Shown piece by piece: positions 35,538 through 46,434 of a DNA stretch of 64,000 nt. Position 1 is the first letter of the stretch, and the number at the start of each line of letters is the position of its first letter. The translations under genes were made by a program, and so were the position numbers. The stretch is from Minisyncoccota bacterium (GTDB lineage: Bacteria > Patescibacteriota > Minisyncoccia > Phycocordibacterales > GWA1-40-21), in the NCBI GenBank assembly GCA_041663045.1, contig JBAZRH010000001.1:148403-212402 (forward strand). Reading direction: 5' to 3'. The notes below the pieces were generated by a model, which was not told the DNA's origin, did no database searches, and worked only from the letters and a program-made list of their open reading frames with translations.

Positions 35538-36977
35538 TTATAATATCTTAACCACCCCCTTATCCGCATCTACTTCGACCAGATCTCCATTCTTTAGCAA
35601 TCTGGTAGCATTTTTTGTACCTATTATGCAAGGGATATTTAATTCACGAGAGACGATAGCCGCGTGGCAAGTGACGCCACCCTCATCAGTAATTATAGCG
35701 ACAGACTTTTTCATAATAGGCACAAATTCTGGGCGAGTCATTGAAGTTACGAGTACAGATCCTGGAATGAATTTAGAAAAGTCTTTTTCATTTAGTATTA
35801 TATTTACTTTTCCTTCTGCTTTTCCTTTGCAACCGATATTACCTTTTATTTCTTTGACTTCTCCGTCTGCCTTATCGATATGGGCATAAATATTCTCTTT
35901 AGTCTTTTTATAATCTTTTGTAGAGATTACCCAGCCATCTTTATTGTAATAAACCCAAACACCACTTTTTCTCTTTTGTAATTCATCTGTAAACCCTTTC
36001 TCTAAATATTTTCCTGAAAATAATTCATGTGGAAATGAAAACACTAAGTCTTCTATCTTTAGACCTGCTCTTTTGAATAGAATTCGTGCAATATTATTTA
36101 AGATTGTAAGAGTTTGTTGTATCCCTTCTTTTCTTGAATCACGCACTTCCATTGCGAGTTGAACATAATCCAATAAAGTTTGTTCTTCTCCCGACAAGCT
36201 CTCTCTAAATTTCTCTAGATTTTTTCTGTGCTCGTCTATTTCATCTGAGAACTTCTTTAATTCACTCAATATAGCTTCTGCACCGCCCTTTTCGTCTATT
36301 GTCTGTTTTACTCTCGCCTTTATCTCCGATATATCCGGTGTTATATAGTAATTTGAGAAAACCCATTGAGCCGGATAACAATCACTGTCTTTATTTATCT
36401 CAAGTAAAGTTTTGTCATATCTTGTTACGAAAGATTCAAAAGTCGGCTGGGTTGCCGTCTTTATAAAGGTCTCAAAGTCAATCGTTTTATCTTTTAATGC
36501 TTCGTAGAGTGATTTAATCATTGCTTCGTCCATTGATTCTGAAAATACGGTTGTGACGAATAACTCCACCTCTAATTCAAAAGCTTCTTTTAGGATTTCA
36601 AAAAGTTGATTGTTATCTTTACTCTCAAGTATTTCCGGATTACTTTTGTCGTATTTATCTTGAATTTCAACTCTGACTTTTCTATAGCCGTTAAATTCCG
36701 GTACATTTTTTATACCTAACTTTATCAAGCGATTATAGGAATGTATCGTCATTTGTTGATATGCGGGTAGATTGAAGAAAATGCCGCCGTATTTTTCTTC
36801 AGCAAAAAACAAGAAAGATATAAAATCGAAGTCATAGTATCGATTTATAAATGGAGGAAAGCCAAGCGGTAGTATGCTTCCATATGAAAAACTAGAAAAA
36901 GTCCCTTCTTGAGAAGTAATCTTCCCTGCCATTTCTTTCTTAAACTTTTCAGCCAATTCTAAAGCACTTTTCTGCAT
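35538..36977 (-). CDS. PEP-utilising-enzyme swivel domain protein, paralog L
   Basis: 479 aa; [51 protein letters not shown]; EVRDSRKEG motif. Confidence 0.85.
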   Translation of the reverse strand: MQKSALELAEKFKKEMAGKITSQEGTFSSFSYGSILPLGFPPFINRYYDFDFISFLFFAEEKYGGIFFNLPAYQQMTIHSYNRLIKLGIKNVPEFNGYRKVRVEIQDKYDKSNPEILESKDNNQLFEILKEAFELEVELFVTTVFSESMDEAMIKSLYEALKDKTIDFETFIKTATQPTFESFVTRYDKTLLEINKDSDCYPAQWVFSNYYITPDISEIKARVKQTIDEKGGAEAILSELKKFSDEIDEHRKNLEKFRESLSGEEQTLLDYVQLAMEVRDSRKEGIQQTLTILNNIARILFKRAGLKIEDLVFSFPHELFSGKYLEKGFTDELQKRKSGVWVYYNKDGWVISTKDYKKTKENIYAHIDKADGEVKEIKGNIGCKGKAEGKVNIILNEKDFSKFIPGSVLVTSMTRPEFVPIMKKSVAIITDEGGVTCHAAIVSRELNIPCIIGTKNATRLLKNGDLVEVDADKGVVKIL

Positions 36978-36979
36978 AT

Positions 36980-38416
36980 CTATTTATTAATTATTCTTAT
37001 TATACCTTTATTTGCATCCACTTCCACCATATCTCCATCTTTTAGCACTTTAGTGGCGATTTTAGTATCTACTATACAAGGGATGCCTAATTCTCTCGAT
37101 ACAATTGCGGCGTGAGAGGTTAATCCTCCAGTATCCGTGACAATAGCGACACTTTTCTTCATAAGGAATATATATTCTGGGCTTGTCATAGGCGCTACAA
37201 GTATTTCTCCTTTATTAAAGACCGTAAGGTGGTCTTTTGGATCCAAGACAATTTTTATTTTACCTTGGACTATCGGCTTTTTACCGGTACTAGCCACAAT
37301 ACCTTTTATCTCTTGGATATTATCTGATATTTTCTCTTCGGCATATTTTTCCCAGCAAAGCATGCTTTCGTCGGTAGACAGTACTTTCTTTGATGGATTC
37401 ATAAAATATCCAACAGCTTTTTCTCTTCTATGTGATATTGTCGAAAAATCTTGTCTCTGTAAGGCCGATAATATTTCCTCTGCACTATAGTCTTTTAAAA
37501 TATCGATATCAATATTAAATCTTTCCGCGACTTCTCTGAGTAGCAATTCTTTATAGTGTAAATATACAAAGACATGTTTCTTCCTATTATCTTGCCAAAT
37601 TATCGCATCACAAAGCCCTTCCGCTATATTTACAATCTCATTTGATAGTTTGTATTTTTCAACAACTCTCTTTTTATTATTCTTTGCATCTATAATCCTT
37701 TCTGTCGTTTTCTTTTCTATATTTATGTCTATTTTACTTTTTCTATCCAGGAAAAAACTTTCGTTTAGTACTTCAACTCCGTCATAACTATTTTTAAGCC
37801 AAAAATAATCCTTCGTATGTTCTTTAATATCTTTTGATTTTACTAGATCAATCTCTTCCTTCTGGAAAAATGATGGCTCTTCTGGGGTGGTAAGAATTTC
37901 CATAATGGAAGATAATTCTTTCTCGGGCTTTACGTATCTTTTGAGTTTTTCTTCAAGCAATCTATCCGAACCGTAATTTCCAAGTTCTACAGGTATTGTT
38001 GGCAGCCAAAAAGATATTACTAAATCATAGAATTCTCTCGAAATATCATACAACTCTTTATTGTTGAGCCTTTTTAATAATTCCTTACTTATCTTTGCCT
38101 CTATTTTTTCTAGACTTTTGACATCTTTCTTCCACCTATCCATCAAAACTTTTCTTCCCTCTTTATTTAAGATGTATTTTATGAAGATTTTTCTACCAAT
38201 TTCTCTTAATTCACTAAAATCATTTAGCCATAGGATTTTACCATCCTTAAATAAAAGCAATGACTTTGGCCAAATATCACCCTCATATTCTTTTGGAAAA
38301 TCATTAAATATTGCATTGTCGAATTCGGAAACATAAAAAAGACGGGCTGGAATAGGTCCCCAACGAAACATCTCTGTATTATCAGAAAACGGCTTAAAAT
38401 CTACTGTATTTTTCAT
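36980..38416 (-). CDS. PEP-utilising-enzyme swivel domain protein, paralog M
   Basis: 478 aa; [53 protein letters not shown]; IWQDNRKKH motif. Confidence 0.85.
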   Translation of the reverse strand: MKNTVDFKPFSDNTEMFRWGPIPARLFYVSEFDNAIFNDFPKEYEGDIWPKSLLLFKDGKILWLNDFSELREIGRKIFIKYILNKEGRKVLMDRWKKDVKSLEKIEAKISKELLKRLNNKELYDISREFYDLVISFWLPTIPVELGNYGSDRLLEEKLKRYVKPEKELSSIMEILTTPEEPSFFQKEEIDLVKSKDIKEHTKDYFWLKNSYDGVEVLNESFFLDRKSKIDINIEKKTTERIIDAKNNKKRVVEKYKLSNEIVNIAEGLCDAIIWQDNRKKHVFVYLHYKELLLREVAERFNIDIDILKDYSAEEILSALQRQDFSTISHRREKAVGYFMNPSKKVLSTDESMLCWEKYAEEKISDNIQEIKGIVASTGKKPIVQGKIKIVLDPKDHLTVFNKGEILVAPMTSPEYIFLMKKSVAIVTDTGGLTSHAAIVSRELGIPCIVDTKIATKVLKDGDMVEVDANKGIIRIINK

Positions 38417-38483
38417 GCAACTTATAAGTAATATATTAACTCATTTTTGAGCTATTGTGAAGTGGGCTGTCGTATAGAGTTTT

Positions 38484-40013
38484 TTACTGTTTTACAATCT
38501 TAACCACACCGTTATTTGCATCCACTTCCACCATATCTCCATCCTTCAACATCTTGGTGGCGATTTTAGTATCTATGATGCAGGGAATCTTAAGTTCACG
38601 AGAAACGATAGCTGCGTGGCATGTAATACCACCCTCATCGGTAACGATTGCACCAGCTTTTCTAATTGCTGGCATTAGAAAAGGTCTCGTCTGACCAGCC
38701 ACAAGAATATCGCCTTCTTTCATCATCTCCATCTTCTTGTTTAATTCTTTCTCTATCCATGAGAACTTTACTACACGACCGATAACTTTACCTTTGCACG
38801 CAATAGTACCCTTTATGCCGCCTTTAGAAGAAGCAACTTCTGTAAAAAGTTCGTTCATTTTTTCTACCGCTGCCTTTCCAGAGTAGAAATGTACCTTATC
38901 TCCATAATCACTGATTAAATTTTTAGAGAGAAATAGATATGCTTCTTCTCTATTCTTTAATTCCTCCTCGGAAAGATATTTGTTGTATTTTACGGCATTT
39001 TCTAATTCATCTAATCTATATTGAACAATAGAATCTTTATTGATTCTCTGATCTACACTCTTTTCAGCTAATTCACTAGTGATTAGACCGAGCACATAAG
39101 CAGATTTCGTCCATGCAAAACGTATTTGCAGTCTAATAAGGCCAATTCTTGACAGATTATTACAAATGTCGACGATTTTTTTACTCAGTTTATACTTGTC
39201 TATTATTTTATCTTTTCTGTCTTTAGAGTCTTTCTGTTTGTCTATTAAGTCGATATAATCTTCGTCGAAATTACTTTTTATATCTCTATTAAGTCTCCTA
39301 ATATAATAGTCAAAATTCCAAGGATTGTTTGTCTCTACTGTGCCCAAGTATATATATTTACGGGAATGGTTTTCTATTTTGATTGTCTCTTCTTTTGTCA
39401 GGTTTTTTTCGGTAAAAACTTTTTCTTGAGAATATTTATCTTTCAACTCTTTTACAATTTGAAGCCACTCCAAGTGTTCTGAAGACAATGAATCTAATTC
39501 ATCCGAAAGTAATAGGGTTGAATATATATTGTCAGTCAAATCTTTGCCATATCTCTCTTCCAATATGCCTTGTACATATTTCTCTATATTTCTAACATAT
39601 TGAGGTTGGCAAGCGTGATAAATAGAATATGACTCTTCATAAGCCCGGAGCTTTTCCTTATATAGTTTAAATAAATCTTGAAAAGTAAGGCTCTTTATGT
39701 TTATTTTAAGAAAGTCATTATAAGAATTATCAGAAATTTCGATAGCTTTCTTTGAATCTTCTATATATTTTTGAGTTTTTGTTTTGTTTGTAAAGCGTTT
39801 GAAACCAAAATCTGCTGCCTCTTCCATTTCCGAGACTTCAAAATAAAACTGTGTACCAACGCTTTTTTCAAAGTAAAATAAAGCATTTTTTTCAACAACA
39901 CCACAATGTTTTTTTAACTTTGTATTATGAGAAAAATTATAAGAGATGGCTTGCTCACCGACGCCAGCACCCATAATACCGGCAGACCACATTTTTTGAA
40001 ATTTTAAAGACAT
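38484..40013 (-). CDS. PEP-utilising-enzyme swivel domain protein, paralog N
   Basis: 509 aa; [53 protein letters not shown]. Confidence 0.85.
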   Translation of the reverse strand: MSLKFQKMWSAGIMGAGVGEQAISYNFSHNTKLKKHCGVVEKNALFYFEKSVGTQFYFEVSEMEEAADFGFKRFTNKTKTQKYIEDSKKAIEISDNSYNDFLKINIKSLTFQDLFKLYKEKLRAYEESYSIYHACQPQYVRNIEKYVQGILEERYGKDLTDNIYSTLLLSDELDSLSSEHLEWLQIVKELKDKYSQEKVFTEKNLTKEETIKIENHSRKYIYLGTVETNNPWNFDYYIRRLNRDIKSNFDEDYIDLIDKQKDSKDRKDKIIDKYKLSKKIVDICNNLSRIGLIRLQIRFAWTKSAYVLGLITSELAEKSVDQRINKDSIVQYRLDELENAVKYNKYLSEEELKNREEAYLFLSKNLISDYGDKVHFYSGKAAVEKMNELFTEVASSKGGIKGTIACKGKVIGRVVKFSWIEKELNKKMEMMKEGDILVAGQTRPFLMPAIRKAGAIVTDEGGITCHAAIVSRELKIPCIIDTKIATKMLKDGDMVEVDANNGVVKIVKQ

Positions 40014-40018
40014 ATTAT

Positions 40019-41491
40019 TTAAAGTCTTCTGACAATACCTTTATCCGCGTCAACTTCTACTAAGTCTCCGTCTTTTAATACTTGAGTAGCAATTTTCGTG
40101 CCTATTATGCAAGGAATTCCGAGCTCACGAGAGACAATAGCAGCATGACAAGTGATACCTCCTTCGTCCGTAATGATCGCCGAGGCTATTTTCATAAGTG
40201 GAACATATTCTGGTCGAGTCATGCCAGTTACAAGGATTTCACCTTTCTTAAATTTACCCTTTTCTTCTTCAAAATTATTTAATACTTTGACGATACCACG
40301 CACCAGCCCTTTTGACCCAGTATGCCCTTTGATGACAGATTTCTTTGTATTATCTGTGTGTAATTTCTTATATTGTTCATTGAAATATTTAATAATATCT
40401 TTTTTGTTCTTTTCGAAATCATTATATTCTTCAATACGGGTATTATCACCACTGATTAGGATTATGTATCCTTTTTCTCTTTTCTTTATCAATCTTAAAT
40501 TATCTTTTAGATATTTAATACCCTTTTTAATTTCAGGAATACTCCAGAAATAAATACCGGATTTTTCGACTCCTGCTTCAGAGAAAAGCTTTTCACCAAT
40601 ACGATAGAAAATCGTTGTGGCTTTCATCAAGAAGTCCTTTCTCTCATCTCTTAAAGCAATGATAAATTGCATAAAAGTAACGAATTCTACTTCTTCTTTT
40701 GTAATCTTGCTAAGCCACTTATTGTATTTCTCTTCTCTTGCTTTGATAAGAGTAAGTTCTTTTCCTATTAACTTTTCTGCCCGTTTAATATCTATATGAG
40801 AGTATTCTTTTATAAGGTGTTCTTTAACTTCAGACAGTGGAAATATCTTGGCATAACTTGTTAAGAAGTATTGGCATAATTCAGATATTTTGTCCCAGCT
40901 AGTTCCGTCTTTAATAAGGCTCCATATATAAAGTGTCCTTCTTTTTTCAAAAGAGATTCCATTTGGTGTGATTGCTTTGTCCCAGATTTTATTAAGCCTA
41001 TCCTCGGATATATTAATACTTAGTTCGCGCACAAGTTCTGTGGCGATTTGCTTATCAAAATAAATACTAAAAAATACCAGGGCATTTAGATTCCATATTG
41101 TACTTTCGAATTTGTTAAATGTTGCTAAACAGGTAGGAAAAGTATTTTCCGAAAGATATTTATAATTAAATGACTGGTATAGCCTATCTAATTCTGTTCC
41201 CAATGAGTTAAATTCCTTTTTTATTTTTGTAAGAGTATTATCATCTTTCCAGTATTTTCTAAATACTTCTTTAGCTAAAGCTTTTTCCTTAGAAAGAGGT
41301 AAATATAACATCCCCCCACTGCCTTTAACTAAAAGAAGAAGTGTGTAAGGTAGCTTGTCTTCATAGTATTTAGAGAAATATTGAGAAGTCTGCCATCCCG
41401 CAGCCTGTACAAAGACTCTTGAATCCGTGATCGCGGGCCTTAATTCTTGTCCGTCCAGTTCATCTATAAATCTTTCAATGATATTGGTCAT
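40019..41491 (-). CDS. PEP-utilising-enzyme swivel domain protein, paralog O
   Basis: 490 aa; [51 protein letters not shown]; ALRDERKDF motif. Confidence 0.85.
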   Translation of the reverse strand: MTNIIERFIDELDGQELRPAITDSRVFVQAAGWQTSQYFSKYYEDKLPYTLLLLVKGSGGMLYLPLSKEKALAKEVFRKYWKDDNTLTKIKKEFNSLGTELDRLYQSFNYKYLSENTFPTCLATFNKFESTIWNLNALVFFSIYFDKQIATELVRELSINISEDRLNKIWDKAITPNGISFEKRRTLYIWSLIKDGTSWDKISELCQYFLTSYAKIFPLSEVKEHLIKEYSHIDIKRAEKLIGKELTLIKAREEKYNKWLSKITKEEVEFVTFMQFIIALRDERKDFLMKATTIFYRIGEKLFSEAGVEKSGIYFWSIPEIKKGIKYLKDNLRLIKKREKGYIILISGDNTRIEEYNDFEKNKKDIIKYFNEQYKKLHTDNTKKSVIKGHTGSKGLVRGIVKVLNNFEEEKGKFKKGEILVTGMTRPEYVPLMKIASAIITDEGGITCHAAIVSRELGIPCIIGTKIATQVLKDGDLVEVDADKGIVRRL

Positions 41492-41496
41492 AAAAT

Positions 41497-42552
41497 CTAT
41501 TTAATAATCCTAATCACTCCTTTATCTGCATCCACCTCTACTATATCTCCGTCTTTTAGCACTTTTGTGGCATTTTTGACCTGAGTAAGCGTAATAATAC
41601 CGAATTCTCTTGAGAAAATAGCGGCGTGGCATAGTAAGCCGCCTTCTTCAGTGACAATAGCTTTAACATCTTTGAGAACATTATTCATAGATGTAGTCGT
41701 CATACTGATCACAACTATTTTGTCTTTTAATTGTTTATCCTTAAAATCTGCTTGAGAGACTACAATCACTTCTCCTGTAATTTTACCTTTTGTCACCGGT
41801 ATACCACTAAGCTCTTTTATCTCCTGTTTTTCTATAGATTTCTCTTCAATCTCTCTCCAATATTTATCAGTATTTAAATCAGTGATTTTCTCTTTGCCTT
41901 TATTATTTTCATATACATACTCGGCTTTTCTTCTTTCCTGAAGTCTATTTATTTTATCTGGGTTTATTTTGCCTTCAAGATATGAGACTATCTCGTAAAA
42001 TGTCAAAAATCTTAAATCTCCCCTTTCTATCTTGTCTTCTCCTGTTGCCGCCAGACATAATTTATCTAAATATTCAAAAAACTCTAAAAATATCAACTTC
42101 CTTTTCTCGTGAAATTCACCAAGTTCTTTTAATTGCTTTTCTGTCAAATCCTTGCCCATACTTCCCACCCTATGAGTGAATTCTAAAAAGCTAGAAAATC
42201 TTACCCATTCATCTCTAGCTTCTTCTAGTCTTTTGATTGTCTCTTCCTTACTTATAAAGTCAGTGGCTCTTTTACAAAGTCTCAGCAAATCGTCGGAGAC
42301 TTTAATACCGAGTTCTAGGCCGCTTTCAATATAATTTTTATCTTTAGCTAGTGCATTTGCTATTCGTTGCGTATTATCTTCATTGTCTTTTGGTTGTATA
42401 TAAACATCCACAACACCGTCATGTCTATGCTCTATCGTCGCTGTATAAAATATTTCTTTTATCGTACCCTTTTTTAACAGAGCGTAGACTATCATTGACC
42501 TGTCTCTCAATGAATAATCTCTTGTTATATATTTTATAAAACTATTTTTCAT
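41497..42552 (-). CDS. divergent/degenerate swivel domain protein, paralog P
   Basis: 351 aa; [52 protein letters not shown]. His retained but the PC(I/V)(I/V)G block is replaced. Confidence 0.75.
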   Translation of the reverse strand: MKNSFIKYITRDYSLRDRSMIVYALLKKGTIKEIFYTATIEHRHDGVVDVYIQPKDNEDNTQRIANALAKDKNYIESGLELGIKVSDDLLRLCKRATDFISKEETIKRLEEARDEWVRFSSFLEFTHRVGSMGKDLTEKQLKELGEFHEKRKLIFLEFFEYLDKLCLAATGEDKIERGDLRFLTFYEIVSYLEGKINPDKINRLQERRKAEYVYENNKGKEKITDLNTDKYWREIEEKSIEKQEIKELSGIPVTKGKITGEVIVVSQADFKDKQLKDKIVVISMTTTSMNNVLKDVKAIVTEEGGLLCHAAIFSREFGIITLTQVKNATKVLKDGDIVEVDADKGVIRIIK

Positions 42553-42554
42553 TT

Positions 42555-43874
42555 TTATTTTATTATTCTCACTATTCCCTTATCCGCATCTACTTCCACC
42601 ATATCTCCGTCTTTCAATACGTGCGTGGCGTTTTTAGTGCCTATGATACACGGTTTTTTCATTTCTCTGGCTATAATAGCCGCGTGACAAGTAATGCTGC
42701 CTTCGTCTGTCACAAAAGCGGCTGATTTTTGCATTGCCGAAATAAAAGATGGGAAAGTCATTTGAGCGATTAAAATATCACCTTCTTTGACCTTATCAAT
42801 GTCATTTGAGTGGGTTACTATCCTTGCAATGCCTCGTACGACCCCTTTAAATGCGGTTCTGCCTTTTACCTCATCACTTTTATGTTTTTTGAAATCCGAA
42901 ATTAATGGTTCATTTGAGACAATATATTTATTATCTATCAGTCCGTAACTGAAGTTTTTATTATATCTCTTTGGTTGACCTGTAATAATGGAATTCGCAT
43001 CATAATCAGCAAGATCTTTAAAACTTACTCCGATATGTTTAGCGGTTTCTTCAAAAAGCGGTCTTGCTATGCCATGAAATTCATAAAACTTGTCCGTCCT
43101 ATCAGTCCTAAAAAAATTCAATTCTTTAAGCTCTTTCGCTAAATCTTTTAATTCTTCCGGAATAATAACTTCATGCTTTTGCGGCTCCTTAAAACCCCTC
43201 TTTATCTCTTCAAAATCTTCTTCAGTATAAAAATCAGTAAAACCATCTCTCGATCTCATCCAGCCATACTTGTTTTTTATCTCTTTTATAGGGACCCCGG
43301 ACATTAATTCTTCCAACATTAAGACATATGCATTTTTCTTAGTCGGTATACACATATCACCCACGAATCTTGAATAGTCTCCCTGAATATATTTTGGTAC
43401 TTCTGTCGCTATTCTCTTGTTAAAATATTCTTCCAGATTAGGGATGACATTTAAATAAAATAAGTAGTCTTTAACCATATCTGACACAAGAGCAATCTTC
43501 TGTGGTATTGTTTTGTTATTATCATTTATAATCTCTCCAAGACTTACTACGTGGCGTTTGTGAGTGATATCTAAGATATTAGACAGATCTGACATTTTGT
43601 GTGACTTGAAATAATTATCAAAGAAAGTAACACCTTTTTCATAAAACTTAACGTCATAATATATATCAGGAAATTGATAGAGATAGTTATCAGCTCCTAA
43701 ACCGTGAAGCCCGCTTCTTGAATAAAACTTTTCCCTTACTCCCTCCCAACATATTGTTGCCATAAAGACAGAATATGGGCGATTAAGCCAATGTGTCCAC
43801 TCTATCTTCTTCAATTCCTTAATAAAGGAATCTCTGTCTTCGGCAAATCTTATATCATTAATTATGTCTTTCAT
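42555..43874 (-). CDS. PEP-utilising-enzyme swivel domain protein, paralog Q
   Basis: 439 aa; [52 protein letters not shown]; 4-nt overlap with next gene. Confidence 0.85.
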   Translation of the reverse strand: MKDIINDIRFAEDRDSFIKELKKIEWTHWLNRPYSVFMATICWEGVREKFYSRSGLHGLGADNYLYQFPDIYYDVKFYEKGVTFFDNYFKSHKMSDLSNILDITHKRHVVSLGEIINDNNKTIPQKIALVSDMVKDYLFYLNVIPNLEEYFNKRIATEVPKYIQGDYSRFVGDMCIPTKKNAYVLMLEELMSGVPIKEIKNKYGWMRSRDGFTDFYTEEDFEEIKRGFKEPQKHEVIIPEELKDLAKELKELNFFRTDRTDKFYEFHGIARPLFEETAKHIGVSFKDLADYDANSIITGQPKRYNKNFSYGLIDNKYIVSNEPLISDFKKHKSDEVKGRTAFKGVVRGIARIVTHSNDIDKVKEGDILIAQMTFPSFISAMQKSAAFVTDEGSITCHAAIIAREMKKPCIIGTKNATHVLKDGDMVEVDADKGIVRIIK

Positions 43875-45352
43875 TTTATTATTTTAACAATTCCTTTATT
43901 TGCATCAACTTCCACCATATCGCCGTCTTTTAATACCTTGGTGGCATTTTTTGTACCGACAATACAAGGTTTTTTTAACTCACGTGACACTATCGCTGCG
44001 TGGGACAAAAGCCCGCCCTCGTCTGTTATGATGGCTAATGCTTTTTCCATAAGTGGCACAAAATCTGGTCTTGTAGCACTAGATACGAGTATGTCTCCTT
44101 TTTTAAACTTAAGAAAATCACTATTACTTAGAACAATAGAAACTCTGCCAGAAACATTACCTTTTGCAACTCCCGTACCTTTTAACTCTTTTATTGTCTC
44201 CTCTTTGTGTAGACTGTTATCGATTAACTGTAATTCGTCTCTATCAGTAACAACGATAATTTTGTCATTTTCACAGAAGTACAGACTATTTTGCTGTCTT
44301 AAGTCTAGTGTCTCTCTCGAGATAACTGATTTCCCTTCAAGTATGGAAGATTTAATCTCGGATTCATTTAAGAAAAGTGTCTGATCGAGTGTTAATTTTA
44401 TTTTTTTAGCAATTCTCTCGAATAGAGGTTTAACATAATATCCGCCCTTATCTCTAATATATGGTTTTTTATCTTTAAGATATGAATAAGATACAAACAT
44501 ATTTAAGAGTATAAATACTTCCTCATTTTCTTTATACTGATTCAATGTTCTATCAGAAATTTTACGTCTTTCTATATACTTATTCTCAAGGTTATTTAGT
44601 TCACCCCTTAAAACTTCTCTGTCTTTTTTAAGCAGTTCGCTCAACCTTTCCGTATAGTATTTCGGTTTATTAGGCTCATAATTTATATCGTACATTGGCA
44701 TATAACAGTATTCTTCAATGTGAGCAATTAAGTGCTTCTCCATAATATCTTTGTCTAATAGTGCAATTTTGTAGAGAGATATTAACTCCATTTCAAGAGG
44801 ATTTGGATATATAGGTTCAGAGATTATGTGAAGAATGTTATCAGCTTCTGTCTCCGACACATTTATCAAAGCAAGGTGTTGTCTAATAGCTTTACCGAGG
44901 GCATGTTCCACATCGTTAAAAAGTATCCAGAAATCGGCAGATATATTTCTTTCAAATGAATAATATCTTTCTAAAATATCAATTAAATCTGCGTCACTAA
45001 TATCATTAGCGATAAATGGTTTGAGTGTATGTAGGAAAGATAGATAATTATCGAAGTCGTTGATAATATTTTTTGCCAATGTCGTCACTACATTTTTTAT
45101 AAAATTAGAATCAGTAAACTTTTTGATAGCCATACTCTCGAATGATTCAATTTCATCTTTAGCTAAATATGTTTCCATATTACCGCTCTTAACCCTGAAA
45201 CATTCATATTTCTGTTTTACGCCGAAGAGCTTCGAAAAGGTATTCCAATAACCATAATGATACAAGCGAATTTTTTGATATGTCATTCTGCGTGTAAAAC
45301 TATAAACCCAATCTCCTTTATAAAACTCTTTTATGTCTAACATCTTATTCAA
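43871..45352 (-). CDS. PEP-utilising-enzyme swivel domain protein, paralog R
   Basis: 493 aa; [52 protein letters not shown]. Confidence 0.85.
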   Translation of the reverse strand: MNKMLDIKEFYKGDWVYSFTRRMTYQKIRLYHYGYWNTFSKLFGVKQKYECFRVKSGNMETYLAKDEIESFESMAIKKFTDSNFIKNVVTTLAKNIINDFDNYLSFLHTLKPFIANDISDADLIDILERYYSFERNISADFWILFNDVEHALGKAIRQHLALINVSETEADNILHIISEPIYPNPLEMELISLYKIALLDKDIMEKHLIAHIEEYCYMPMYDINYEPNKPKYYTERLSELLKKDREVLRGELNNLENKYIERRKISDRTLNQYKENEEVFILLNMFVSYSYLKDKKPYIRDKGGYYVKPLFERIAKKIKLTLDQTLFLNESEIKSSILEGKSVISRETLDLRQQNSLYFCENDKIIVVTDRDELQLIDNSLHKEETIKELKGTGVAKGNVSGRVSIVLSNSDFLKFKKGDILVSSATRPDFVPLMEKALAIITDEGGLLSHAAIVSRELKKPCIVGTKNATKVLKDGDMVEVDANKGIVKIIK

Positions 45353-46433
45353 TTACCTTTACTATTCCCTTATCCGCATCCACCTCTACCATATCTCCAT
45401 CTTTGAAAACTTTGGTGGCATTTTTTGTACCTATAATACAGGGTTTTTTAAGTTCTCGTGCGACGATAGCAGCATGACATGTGATTCCACCTTCATCGGT
45501 AACAAAAGCCGCAGATTTATGCATTGCAGGGAGATATTCTGGTGTTGTCATTGCAGTTATCAGAATTTCACCATCTTCTAAAGTTCCGATATCTTTTTTA
45601 CTCATAATAATCCTTACTTTTCCTCTAACCTTACCGCCACAGGCTACTTGACCTTTTAGCTCTTTGATATTGCCGTGTTTTTTTACAACAAAATCATAAC
45701 CTATTCCGTTTATTACTTTTCTAAAATTTTCTGTAGTATTGTCAGTCAAAATTATCCCCTTCTTTGAATATACAAAACCCTTTATCCTCTCTTTAAGTTC
45801 TTCAGTATCTGGTCTTATGCCACCAATTAAATAATCTGTTAATTCTTCACCAGATAATACCCTGAGAATATGGTTGTCGATTTTGGTTTCTTTTGAAACC
45901 CTAGAAAGAATTTTATTAGTTAGTTCAGCTCCTCCAGGAAACAAATGCTCCGTCTTTTTTCTGTATGCAATAGCAATCTCTATTTCTTTTGCATATTTTT
46001 CTTTTCTCACTATATCGTTTTCTAACCAAACAGGAAGCCAAAACATAACCACAAAAGGACACATTGCACAACTTATATAGTCGACATACTTTTTATAGAT
46101 TTGAGCAATTTCAGGATCAGGTGCTTCATCAATTTTTCTATTTGATTCATCAAAGAAAACATAAATCTCTTTTACAAGATTATCAAATCTATCTGATTCT
46201 TTACCAAACCAATTCTCATCAGAATCGATCTTTGAAAAAACCTTATCTCTAAAACCAATCAGGTGTTCTTCTGGTGGCCTCATTATTTCTGTATATCCAT
46301 CGTGTATATAAAAAACCGAGTCAGAATATGACCAACCCAGCCATTTTTGCATTCCTGTAGTATAGCCACTATGCCAAGCCCTTATGTCTATTAATGAGAG
46401 GTCTCTGGTTATTGTTGTTTCAATTTTCTTCAT
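45345..46433 (-). CDS. PEP-utilising-enzyme swivel domain protein, paralog S
   Basis: 362 aa; [52 protein letters not shown]; 8-nt overlap with upstream gene. Confidence 0.85.
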   Translation of the reverse strand: MKKIETTITRDLSLIDIRAWHSGYTTGMQKWLGWSYSDSVFYIHDGYTEIMRPPEEHLIGFRDKVFSKIDSDENWFGKESDRFDNLVKEIYVFFDESNRKIDEAPDPEIAQIYKKYVDYISCAMCPFVVMFWLPVWLENDIVRKEKYAKEIEIAIAYRKKTEHLFPGGAELTNKILSRVSKETKIDNHILRVLSGEELTDYLIGGIRPDTEELKERIKGFVYSKKGIILTDNTTENFRKVINGIGYDFVVKKHGNIKELKGQVACGGKVRGKVRIIMSKKDIGTLEDGEILITAMTTPEYLPAMHKSAAFVTDEGGITCHAAIVARELKKPCIIGTKNATKVFKDGDMVEVDADKGIVKVIE

Positions 46434-46434
46434 A

